In this document: positions 1 to 9,899 of the stretch, piece after piece | How the letters are laid out: the number at the start of each line of letters is the position of its first letter | How positions within the stretch are numbered: the stretch's first letter is position 1 | Assembly (NCBI GenBank): GCA_004022145.1 | Contig: RCNU01000004.1 | Strand: one strand, 5' to 3' | DNA length: 64,000 nt | From: Paecilomyces variotii | Taxonomy: Eukaryota | The notes under the pieces: model-generated | Databases searched by the model: none | Told to the model about the DNA's origin: nothing | What the model saw: the letters and a program-made list of their open reading frames with translations, nothing else | Translations under genes and position numbers: made by a program

Positions 1-100
1 ATGCTCCGCCTTGCTTTCGTCGCAAAAAAGAAAAGGGAAAATGGATAAAGAGAGCCCCGGACCAGAAAGTGCAATTGTCTAACAGTCACCAGTTGTTTAT

Positions 101-2536
101 TTAGAGATCCTCGTCATTGTCCATACTGAGCCCATCATTGTCCCAGTATTGTGTCGGTTCTCGGTTCGTAGGGACCTGTATCTGACTTGGAAGGCCAGTG
201 GCGGCTCGTATACTTTGCGTGTGTTGACTGTTCGGTGTGCCTTTGATGACGACAGGGATATTCCGAAGGGGTGGCCCTTGGCCATGGCCAAATCCGAATT
301 TGCTCAGCCCCCATGGCTGCACTGAAGATGGAGAGTCGTCCAAATAGCCGTCCCAAAAACCGAAGAGTTGAGCGATAAGCCGAAAGAAGGCGACGAGGAG
401 TGTCAATACCGGTGTCAAAACCGTGGAGAGATGCGACCAGCGCCAGAGCATTGTCGGAAGGACGAATGGGAAGCGGGGTGCATCAGGAGCGAGACAATTG
501 CGATCGCAGGTGTCTGCGACGAAGGGGTGGCAGTAGTAGCTGCACATAACGTTCTCTGTCCAGTACCAGATGATAGCGGCGAGGATGAACCATCTCAGGC
601 GATAGATGCGATGGGAGATACCATCCTGTCGATATGCTGCTTTCCTGCCGGAGAGATAGCCTTCGAGATCGCTGCCTAGATTGTGGAGTCCCTGTCTTGC
701 CTCGTGGATGTTCTTGCCCATAGAACGAAGTTTAGTGCTCATATTATCTAGGAAAACGACTGGTTCTCCAGGTAGCGAGGGGTCGTCGTATTCTGAGATC
801 GTCGGATCAACCTGGTCATCGGTAGCAGAATCATCTTCGGTCTTGATGAAGCTTGAGTCCTGATCAAGCATATTCTGGAGAGAGTCGATCGTATCGTCGC
901 CCAACATCAAAGAGTGGTCTTCGGATTTAGCGTGTTCAAGGACACTCTCCAAGGCGCTCTTTGGTAGGCGAGGTTTGATCAGCTCCAGCTTTCTCTTCAC
1001 TTTCTTCTCTTCAGGCTTTTTAGGCTCCTCTTTCTGCGCGGGTCTCTTCTGTGGCTCATTTCTCGCCGGCTCCTGCTTCTTCGTTTCTTCCTTTTCTGAT
1101 CCGTATTTCTTCGTCTCCTGCTTCTGCGGTGGCCGCTCTTCTGGCGCTTGAGGGGTATCTTCAGATTTGGGATTTGTTTTGCGCGCTGTATTGCTGGGCG
1201 ACAGTATCTCTTCTGTTACGTCTTGCGGAGGTTTAGCAACTCGTTCAGTCATGGGCGTGTCCACCCACGCGCCAGTTACGACTGGTGTTTTCGCCAACAT
1301 CCATTTGTCGACAGGTTTTGATTCTGGAGTGCTAGTCTGCGGCGTATTCTGAGGCGGGCTTTCTGCCCTTGCAAGCTTGCGCAGAAGCTCTTGTGAATCG
1401 TTCTTGGCCATGGCGGGCTTGTTGCTTGAATCCTTGTAGATGACAACTGGACTGTTGGGGATCGGACTTCCACTCTGCGACGGCCGCCCTTTTTCTGGTG
1501 AGATATTCTTTGGCGTGTCTTCACTGGCCGACCTTGGAGATCGACGTCCCATCACTCTTTCCGTTCCCATTCGCGTCTCAGCCGGTCTGCGCATGGGAGG
1601 GCTGTCGGATACCTGCAGCGATCTGGCCGTGAAGTCAATCTCGGGCTCCCATCCTGGAACGACTGGTTCGTCCTTGGATGGTTCTTCCATTGATGCATTC
1701 CCATTGCGACGTTTGAGGGTGCTCAGCCAGTCCCTATGACTTCGTCGCCCATTACCCCAACTTCTTGGAAGGTTCAATGATGGGTCCATGCCGTCGTCGA
1801 CCTCCTCCGCCTGCTGTGTCTCGCGCCGTTGCAGATTGTCTGCCGACAGCGCCGCCTTGATTCCCACTTTTGCTCTGCTGAACACGGGAGATTCCTTTGC
1901 GGTGACGCGCTTGAGTCGTTGCTCATCCCGGATATGGTTCGCGAGGTTCGCCCGCAGCGAGTCGTCCGTCAGCTCGTCCAGGAAGCTTAGATCTTCATCC
2001 ATGTGATCTGAAGCTCTCCTATGAGTATCTCTCATCGTGTGTCGCGGTGAGGGGTGCCGCATGCGGTCCGTTCGTAGCTGGTCCTGTTGGAAGTCATACT
2101 CGTCCTGTTCGACCAAATCGACCAGGTTGTCCGCATCGTTGATCTGCCGGTACGCATCGAGCAATTCTCCCGGCGGACTGGATACGTCTGATACCGGCGA
2201 CCGTGCCGATCCAGACGCATTTCTCTGTCGTCTAGTCTGGGGGCTTGGAGTCCTCCCCGCAGAGCGTATCGGCGGGATTATTGGCCGCGAGCTGTCGTCT
2301 GCCATTGTTGTGCCTGTTCGGGATGCCGCTTCATAGGCGCCTCTCAGTGTCCGCGTCTGGCCAAAGCTCCTCCGTGGACTCGCGCCATATTTCGCACTGG
2401 GACTGGGGATGCGCGACACATCGATATCGGGTGCGGAGTGGTTATTCAGGCGCGCTCGTCGGAAGGGCGACTCGTATGGGAGATGGTTGTTGCGCCGGGA
2501 AGAGAACCGATCGAACTTGCGATCGGGGGTAGACAT
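101..2536 (-). CDS. Hypothetical protein, 811 aa: long disordered S/P/R/K/E-rich N-terminus and C-terminal membrane region with a Cys cluster
   Basis: Uninterrupted 811-codon ORF. Hydrophobic segments WFILAAIIWYW and LSTVLTPVLTLLVAFFRLIAQLFGFW flank CSYYCHPFVADTCDRNC...PRFPFVLPTML. Confidence 0.8.
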   Translation of the reverse strand: MSTPDRKFDRFSSRRNNHLPYESPFRRARLNNHSAPDIDVSRIPSPSAKYGASPRRSFGQTRTLRGAYEAASRTGTTMADDSSRPIIPPIRSAGRTPSPQTRRQRNASGSARSPVSDVSSPPGELLDAYRQINDADNLVDLVEQDEYDFQQDQLRTDRMRHPSPRHTMRDTHRRASDHMDEDLSFLDELTDDSLRANLANHIRDEQRLKRVTAKESPVFSRAKVGIKAALSADNLQRRETQQAEEVDDGMDPSLNLPRSWGNGRRSHRDWLSTLKRRNGNASMEEPSKDEPVVPGWEPEIDFTARSLQVSDSPPMRRPAETRMGTERVMGRRSPRSASEDTPKNISPEKGRPSQSGSPIPNSPVVIYKDSSNKPAMAKNDSQELLRKLARAESPPQNTPQTSTPESKPVDKWMLAKTPVVTGAWVDTPMTERVAKPPQDVTEEILSPSNTARKTNPKSEDTPQAPEERPPQKQETKKYGSEKEETKKQEPARNEPQKRPAQKEEPKKPEEKKVKRKLELIKPRLPKSALESVLEHAKSEDHSLMLGDDTIDSLQNMLDQDSSFIKTEDDSATDDQVDPTISEYDDPSLPGEPVVFLDNMSTKLRSMGKNIHEARQGLHNLGSDLEGYLSGRKAAYRQDGISHRIYRLRWFILAAIIWYWTENVMCSYYCHPFVADTCDRNCLAPDAPRFPFVLPTMLWRWSHLSTVLTPVLTLLVAFFRLIAQLFGFWDGYLDDSPSSVQPWGLSKFGFGHGQGPPLRNIPVVIKGTPNSQHTQSIRAATGLPSQIQVPTNREPTQYWDNDGLSMDNDEDL

Positions 2537-2987
2537 TGTTAGGACGCGTATACTGCGGTGGGCATCGTGTTAGCCACCGTTCGAGTAGCAAAACAGAACT
2601 GGTTCAACACCGTTGCCAGGGAATTCCCAGCGCAAAAGAGGGACGTGTCTCGCGTTCTAAAATGAGCTTCGGAAGGCGGAGAGTGAGGCCCCGATGCGGT
2701 TAGGCTGGCCTACGATAGAGAATACGGCGTTAAGTCGAACAGTCGCTCCTGATCGATATCAATATCATTTAAATAGAACAATATTACAATCCTCCAGATC
2801 CGGGATCTATACCCATTTCCTGCAACGATTTGAACCAGAGCAGGCCCCTTCATCGAACCGAATTCATCCACATGAAGTAAACAAACCATCCTCCTTTCCC
2901 GCCTAAGTACAGTACATGACCCTCCACGGACAACGCAAGAGATAAGACATCGTTCCCAACGCTCCTTTTTTCAACATCGCAAACACC

Positions 2988-4049
2988 ATGACCAAAGCCA
3001 CCAGACGGTCCGGAAAGGACAAAAGCTCTGTCTCCGGCTATGCTTCCAAAACAACAACCTCCAAGCAAACAAAGCCTCTCACACCCTTCGTCAAAGCCCC
3101 ATCCGACCTCCAACCATTCCTCGAACCCCTCTCCGCCAAAGAAATCTACCTCATCCACATCGACCGCAATCCCATCGAGCTGAAGAAACAAGCCTTCATC
3201 GTCCCGATCATCTTAAACGCCCTCATCACCGCCCTCATCGCATGGCGCGTCTACAAGGGTCTCGCCATCTACCCGCCTCTACTAGCCACGGCGCTTGGCT
3301 TTACCAGCTCCATGAGCATCGATACCTCCGCTATCTCCTGGGAGGAGATTGGCGGACACATCTTTCGTCGCGCGGGGACGTTTATCGTCGACTATATCAT
3401 CCTGTCGCTATTTCTCGCATGGCCGATTCGATTCGTGCGCGGTCCCGTGCGCTGGCGTTATGTAGTCGGTTTCCGCGAGAGGGAGGTTATTGTTCGTCGT
3501 AGCCAGAAGAGCTGGAGTGAGAAGCTGAAGCCGAATAAATGGATCTATGAAGATGAGGAGACGGTGCAGAAGATTGTTGTGCCCGCTGTGACGCCTGAGA
3601 AGATTCAGAAGAGTGGGTTGCTGCTTGTGGATGCGCATTGGGATTTGGATTATGAGGGCATGATCCGCGCGCATGGACTGGTTGATAAGACTCGTAAGGG
3701 GGAGGGCGTGCCGTTGGATGAGTTCCGGACGGCAGTGCTTGTTCATACGGAGGATGATGGGTGGTTGATTTGGCGGGTGGCGGATGAGGAGACGGATGAG
3801 GAACGGAAGAGGCAGAGGGATAAGATTGTCCTGTTCAAGGATAAGTTGACGTTGATGGGTAAGGAGAGTCTGTTCTTCCGCTGGGTAGAGTTGATTCAGT
3901 ACGAGAGCACCCAGCCTGGTGGCTTTACGCCCGAGAGGCAACGGTCCGCTATGGTACAGGCGAAGCAGATGTTTGAGAATGAGGGCATTGACTTCTCCCA
4001 GTTCTGGCGGGAGGTCGGTGGTATGGAAGGCTTACCCGGATTCGAATGA
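2988..4049 (+). CDS. Hypothetical membrane protein, 353 aa
   Basis: Single ORF with good start context (ACACC ATG) and two hydrophobic helices (FIVPIILNALITALIAW; FIVDYIILSLFLAWPI). Divergent from the 101-2536 gene. Confidence 0.8.
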   Translation: MTKATRRSGKDKSSVSGYASKTTTSKQTKPLTPFVKAPSDLQPFLEPLSAKEIYLIHIDRNPIELKKQAFIVPIILNALITALIAWRVYKGLAIYPPLLATALGFTSSMSIDTSAISWEEIGGHIFRRAGTFIVDYIILSLFLAWPIRFVRGPVRWRYVVGFREREVIVRRSQKSWSEKLKPNKWIYEDEETVQKIVVPAVTPEKIQKSGLLLVDAHWDLDYEGMIRAHGLVDKTRKGEGVPLDEFRTAVLVHTEDDGWLIWRVADEETDEERKRQRDKIVLFKDKLTLMGKESLFFRWVELIQYESTQPGGFTPERQRSAMVQAKQMFENEGIDFSQFWREVGGMEGLPGFE

Positions 4050-4392
4050 TAGGAACGTTGTCACTTCCATTGTGGTTGGGCTCTAGCAGGCAGTCGTTTA
4101 CGCAGGATTAGATGTAGGCTTGTCTATGTTCATATGTACAGTACCAATACACAATAAATCATGGAGAATAAAAGGACATGTCCATGAATCTCAAATACAC
4201 AGCGCCCCTTGTCAAGGTCCCCACACAAGTACTCAATCTCATCCGGTCCATTGTCCATGGTAAATAGCAAGCTATACGTGTACTCCAAATAAGATGGGTA
4301 TCTTCAAACTATGACTGATCTATCTCCATCGCTTATACGCTAGAAATAAAAACCCGGACTCCTCCACATCGAGTTCAACCTTCACTTTCCTT

Positions 4393-4587
4393 TCACTGTC
4401 TTCCACCTTCCACTCGGTAATCGAGGGACCAGAGCTTCTCCCATGGCCGCGATCGGGCGATGGAGTGACGTTTGTTCGACGCGGGAGTCGGCGAGGGAGA
4501 GCCCGTCATGCTGGCCCTTTTGCTCGAGGAAGAGGGTGAGATACGCCCCTGTTCTGGTCCTCCCCGCTCGATTCCCCATTCCGAGCC
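4393..4587 (-). CDS. ATG11: Putative alternative terminal exon of ATG11 (64 aa, ending ...RPWEKLWSLDYRVEGGRQ*)
   Basis: Donor GAG|GTTCGC at 4675, branch GCTGAC, acceptor TAG at 4588 (88-nt phase-0 intron), then 65 open codons to TGA at 4393. Confidence 0.55.
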   Translation of the reverse strand, partial: GSEWGIERGGPEQGRISPSSSSKRASMTGSPSPTPASNKRHSIARSRPWEKLWSLDYRVEGGRQ

Positions 4588-4645
4588 CTATATGGGTCTG
4601 TCAGCTGCCATGAGACAACACAAATAGTCTGGCAAGAGGACCGGT

Positions 4646-7600
4646 TCAGGGTCCCAGGAGCTGGTCTTTGCGAACCTCATCAGATCTAGGGTCTCCCTCT
4701 CTTCGCTGTGTCCCGACATCTGCTGCCGCAGCCTGCTCGCTGCTATCGCCCGCGGGTTCCCCAGCCGGTGTCGACGCAGTAGGGGTGCCTTTCTTGGAGG
4801 CGGAGCTGTTTCGACGGCTATCGAGACTCTTGGTCAATGTTTTGGCGACATTCCCGCCGCTAGCCTTGAGACGAATACTGCCTTTGGCGTCAACATGAGC
4901 CGACGCAACCGTACTCTTCCCCAGACCCGGCGTACTGGGTGCTCCTGGCTTTTCCTCCTGAGCATCTAGCAGATACCAACGAAGGCCATCGGACAGTTCG
5001 AATGGGTTCTCGTCGTCCAAAGACGCACCGTCGCTCGCTTCGGCTATCGACCGGCGATCCGGGTTGAAGTTGTTCATTGATTTAGACAGATCCACCACTC
5101 GCTCCTCTACCTTGCTAATCCGTGCGAGCAACCAGTCCCGACTCGACAGCTTGTGCACATCCTGCTCGCGCAGGAAGTAATGCGGTGCGCCGACATTGAA
5201 TGCTGCCCATGACCGGATCGTCTGGTTTCGGGTTGGGAGGAACAAGGCGAGATCGCCCTCCTTGAATGACCGGTAGGCAATCTTATCATGTGCTTCACTC
5301 TGGGCACGGTGGTATTTGTCGCGATAACCCCGAGCCTCCTTCTGCCATTTCCTTGCCAGAGTCTCGATATCTTTCACTCGCTTGACGACCGCGTCCCCAA
5401 AGATGTCGATGTCGAACTTCGTGAGGGATTCCATAAAGGAGGCAAACCTGGCAGCCTCTTCATCCGGATCCTCAGACTGGACCCAAGTGACAAGTTGTGC
5501 ATCTGGTCGTACAGAGGCTATACCGGAGGTCGCAAGACCTTCTCCAATACCCGACAAGCTATTAACCTTCGATGATCTCTGCACCGTGATATTGCCATCT
5601 TGGCGGACCACTGTGAATCCAAGATGTTCCAACATGCGTCCAACTTTCTCTACCTGTGCGTAAAGCTGGCCTGATATCTGCCGCGCTCTTTCGCCGCGGG
5701 CATTCAGGCGAGACACGGCGCGCTTTTCGGATTCTATAAGACTTTCACCTTTCTTTCTCCATGTAAGCAGTTCTTCCTCCGCAGCGCGAGATTTGCATTC
5801 CACTTGTGAAAGCCTCTCGGAAAGACTGGCCGCTTTCTTTTCTTCTTCAGCGACACGCTCTCGGAGGACTTCTGAGCCGGTCTCTCCGGCAGCAAACTTC
5901 GATCTTAGATGCTGAAGCTGTGATTGTTCTTCCACCAGTTCAGCTTTTGCCGCAGACAATCTCGACCGCTCAGATGAAAGCTCGTCCTTAAGCTGCGAAA
6001 GTTCTGATTCGCGCATATCTGAGAGCTTCTTCAGCTCCTGTGTCTCGTTTTCCAATTGTGCAAGGCGCTCTTTCAGCGACTCCACTTCAGCAATGGCATT
6101 GGCGTTCTTCTCTTCTGTTGTCCTAGCATGGATAGCCAAGCCTTCAGACAGAACTTCAATTGCCTTCACAAGCCTAGAGAAATCATCCGGCGCAGAGCCC
6201 TCTGGCGACAGTTGCATATGGGCCGCCTGCAGAGAACTGATGCTTTCACGTTCACGTCTCTCCAGTTCCTCGACTTGCTTCTCGAGCTCTCCAGTCCTAG
6301 CCCGTAGTCTCTCGGCCTCTTCTTTCTCAGCCAGGACCTGCGCGTCCAGAGCGTCGGACTTTTCCTTTTGAGATTCATAGTCGTGCTTGATTTGCTCCAT
6401 CTGCTCACTGATGCTCTGCAGCTCTTCCGCAGTCTGCGCTCGAACAGCCTCAATCTCGGCCTCCAATGTCTGTATCCTTTCGTCGGATTCCTGCTTTTCA
6501 TGCTCCCTGCTGTCCATGGCCCTGTCAAGTTCCTCCTCCGCTTCTTCCGCTCTGAGCTTGAATTTCTTTACTTCAGACTCGAGGAATCTTCGCTCATCTT
6601 GAAATTCACGTTGTCTGGCTTCGAGATTACCTATGAGGTCCTTCTTTGTCGACTGCGCTTCCTGCATCTTATCTGTGCTAGACTGCCGCTCCGCGTGTGC
6701 TTCTTTCTGCAGCCTTTGGACTGTGTCCCTCTCCGCAACAAGTTCCGCTTCCAGAGCGACGATGCGCTGGACAAGGGCCTTTTCTTCCGGTGGCTGATTG
6801 GATGACATCCGCCTAGACGATACGGACGACCTCCTGGAAAATGGGTCCGGCCGAGGTGAGGCAGGAGAGGTCGGTATATCAGCGCCGAAATTGCCACTTA
6901 CAGGCCGACTGATTTGGCTTTGTCTATGAAGGAGATCTTCGAGCTTGCGAATGCGACTCTCGGAACCTTTCAGCTTATCCTCCAATTTGGTTTTCTCGTC
7001 CTTCAAACTTCGAACCATGTCGTCGCCACGGATCAGAAGCGAGCTGCGTCCCATATCAAACACACTGCCATGCTTGAAAGCTTTCGCCCTGCGTTTTTGC
7101 TGGCGAGTAGGAGCGTCAATATCTCTATACATCTGTGACAACTGTTCGACGATGCCAGACATGCCATTCGCTTTCAATTCATCGATATATAGTTCGACTT
7201 CCTTGCGGGCAACGTCGGGCCATTGTAGTTCATGACCCTGTAGATTAATCTCAATGCCCGGTGTGCTGTCATCGGACAACGACAAGAAGTCGCCCATCGT
7301 TTTCAACCATTTTCTCCTTCTACGCTGTTCTTCATCCCTGAAAACGGCCATCTCTTCCGCCAGGGTCAAAGAGTCCGTCTTCATCTTTTCACCCCATTCG
7401 CGTCGGCGCACAGCCTCAATGAGAACAGACCCGTAGACAAACGGCATATGAAAGACAGAGTAGAGAGGTTCAAAGGCGTCCCCTTCAACGTCCAAGTTGA
7501 CAATCTGCGCTTGGACCTCGGCAAGACGGGATTCGATAGAGGAGATGGTCCGCATATGATTGATAGCTACTTTTGTGGCCGCATTGCGCCTCTTGACAGC

Positions 7601-8755
7601 CTGGTCGAGTGCTGCCTGGAACTCGAAGACGATCTCCCGTAGAGACGGCAAAATGTTCTTCGTATGACTTAGCGCCATCCTTGAGACGTTGGCGAGAGTT
7701 TTCGTGTTGCTTGGTAGTCCTAGTACATGCTCATAATCCGAACTGATCTTCTTAGCAAGGGCCTCGACCTCCTCTAAAAGGCCCTCCACAGTGTCACCAT
7801 GCTCCGGTCGTGCTTCGACCAACAAGGTCTGCGTGTCGGAGGCGATGTCTCCCACCGCCTTCTCTATGTCCTGGATTCGGTGTGCGAACTGCTGAGATGC
7901 AGCTGAAGCATGCGGCCCTGCTTGCCGTACCTCCTCCACGTCCACAAAGTCTTGCAGTGTCCCGTTCGAACGATCCCTGTCCTTCTTGGGAGTGGACGGC
8001 CGGCCGAGAAAAGTGAAATCCTTCCTCGCAGGGATATTCTCCAATTTGGATAACGCTCCTTGCCACCCTTCCAGAACGGACATCTGCTCCTTCAGGAGAT
8101 CATTTGCCCATGCCTGAGCCTCTTGGAATCTGTGCTCCAGGCTGCCCACGTGAGCCTTTAGATTCTCCAGAGCGACACCAACAGCTCTGTAGATGTTATC
8201 CGCCCGTTCAGTGTGCTCCTGGATGGCGTCGTTGATGGGGACGCAACGTTCTGCAACGTCCAGGGCCCAGGTCCTGCGGGCCATGTAGAGATTCCGCCAT
8301 GCCTGAAGGTTATTCTGGTCCGCCAGCGTGTCCGGAGCTGGGCTCAATTGCAGCGGCTGTGGTGAAGGTATTTCGGGGACCTGAATTTTGCCGGGTTCAC
8401 TGACATACTGCCTATCGTAGACGAAGATCTCGTTCTATAGATCACTCCTGGTCAGCTTCGAGAGCTTCGAGTATGACGACAGGATTAAGCAGCAATACCT
8501 CAGTGGCAAGCGTCTGAATCTTGACGTTCTTACCCCGAGCAGTCATCAAGATCTGCCTCTGGGGCGAGATGGAAGTACTGCGAGCGATCCATGACCGTAG
8601 TGCGTCTGGCCTAGATAGTTGGAGATGGCGTCAGTGGCATTCCACGGGAGCCGCCCTAACAGCGGTGACTCTCTTGAGACTACATACGAAGCAAACGACA
8701 CCGGGTCAGCAAGCAAACGCTCACCCGTATGGGCGATGTAGATCTGTAATGACAT
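4646..8755 (-). CDS. ATG11: Autophagy-related protein 11 (selective-autophagy scaffold); exons 8755-8688, 8610-8499, 8434-4646
   Basis: Spliced N-terminus MSLQIYIAHTGERLLADPVSFAS/PDALRSWI...QRQILMT..., long coiled coil, and C-terminal Atg11 claw-type domain (KIAYRSFKEGDLALFLPTRN...WAAFNVGAPHYFL...DENPFELSDGLRWYLLDA). GT..AG introns restore the frame. Confidence 0.93.
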
Positions 8756-9043
8756 CCGCTGCTCACCGACAGAAGCACAGGTTCATGGTTAGTTCCAGGT
8801 GAGATCGGAGATTTAAGAGCGGTGGAGAGGTAGGAATGATACTGCAGTTAAGCTGTTCGGGGTGCCTTGGGCGACTTGAAGCTCCCCCCGAGCTAAGCGA
8901 ATCCGTCCAGTGACAGCGCCGGCCGGGGATCCCCACCGTCCGCCGAATCGGTCGCAACTGGGCGAAACGATCAGCTTTCATTCATGACCTTTCCGATCAC
9001 GCGATGGCCGTCGTCTGCTGCCACGAGATCGAGATCGCAGTTC

Positions 9044-9899
9044 ATGGCATCGATCTCCGGTGCGCGCGACGAATCGCAGCTGCCACCGGCTGAGGCTGCT
9101 CTTCTGGAGCTGGCTGGCAATGACCGCAGAGACGCGTTGTCTTTATCTGATAAGGAATCATTGACGCTGCGGTTGTACGACCAGATCTTAGAGCAGGCAC
9201 TCGAGAGAGCGCTCCTCGAACAAGGTACGCGTGCAGACCGGCGACATTTACAACAAGGAAAAGGCTATAGCTGAACAAGTTCTACCAGATGTGGAAGAAG
9301 CATCGGACGATGACGATGTCGAGCAGCAAATCGCTATCGCGGAACGCGAACTCCTCGAGGCACGAGCAACATATTCCGTGAGGAAGAAGGCTGTCGAGGC
9401 CGTTCTTATGACCGATCCCAGCCTGAAAGCAGTGCACTTAAAGGCAGTGTCACCTGCTGAAAGGTAATCCGCCCTTTATCCAGTATACCTGGTCTACGCC
9501 CAATCTACAGAGACACTGACGCGTAGCAGAGCTCTGCTTCCTCTGATACATCGGCGAGATGTACTCGCCCTCGTCCACGAGAACCTTGCCGCTGCGCATA
9601 CGGAGATCCTAGAGGCACTCTCTAATGCAGAAGTAGATAATAGACAGATCACAGAGAAGAACCAGCGGCTCGTCCGCACACTGCTCGAACTGACGGATCA
9701 AGAATCCTCGTGGAAAGAAGAGATCACGGACCCAAAGCTCAGGGCACAGCTGCAGGAGCTTGAAGCAGGCCATAAGAAGAGCCGGGCACGGTGGGAAACC
9801 ATCAAAGGTATCGCCAGTGCTGTTGTTGTGGCCAGCGGAGTCGACTGGGCCCGCGATGACGCACTGCGCGAGCTGGTGCTAGACGAGAGTGACGATTGA
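9044..9899 (+). CDS. CENP-H (Fta3/Mcm16)-like kinetochore protein; exons ~9044-9224, 9289-9463, 9530-9899
   Basis: Spliced coiled-coil protein ending ...RWETIKGIASAVVVASGVDWARDDALRELVLDESDD, the SGVDW motif typical of the CENP-H C-terminus. Canonical introns. Confidence 0.8.
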
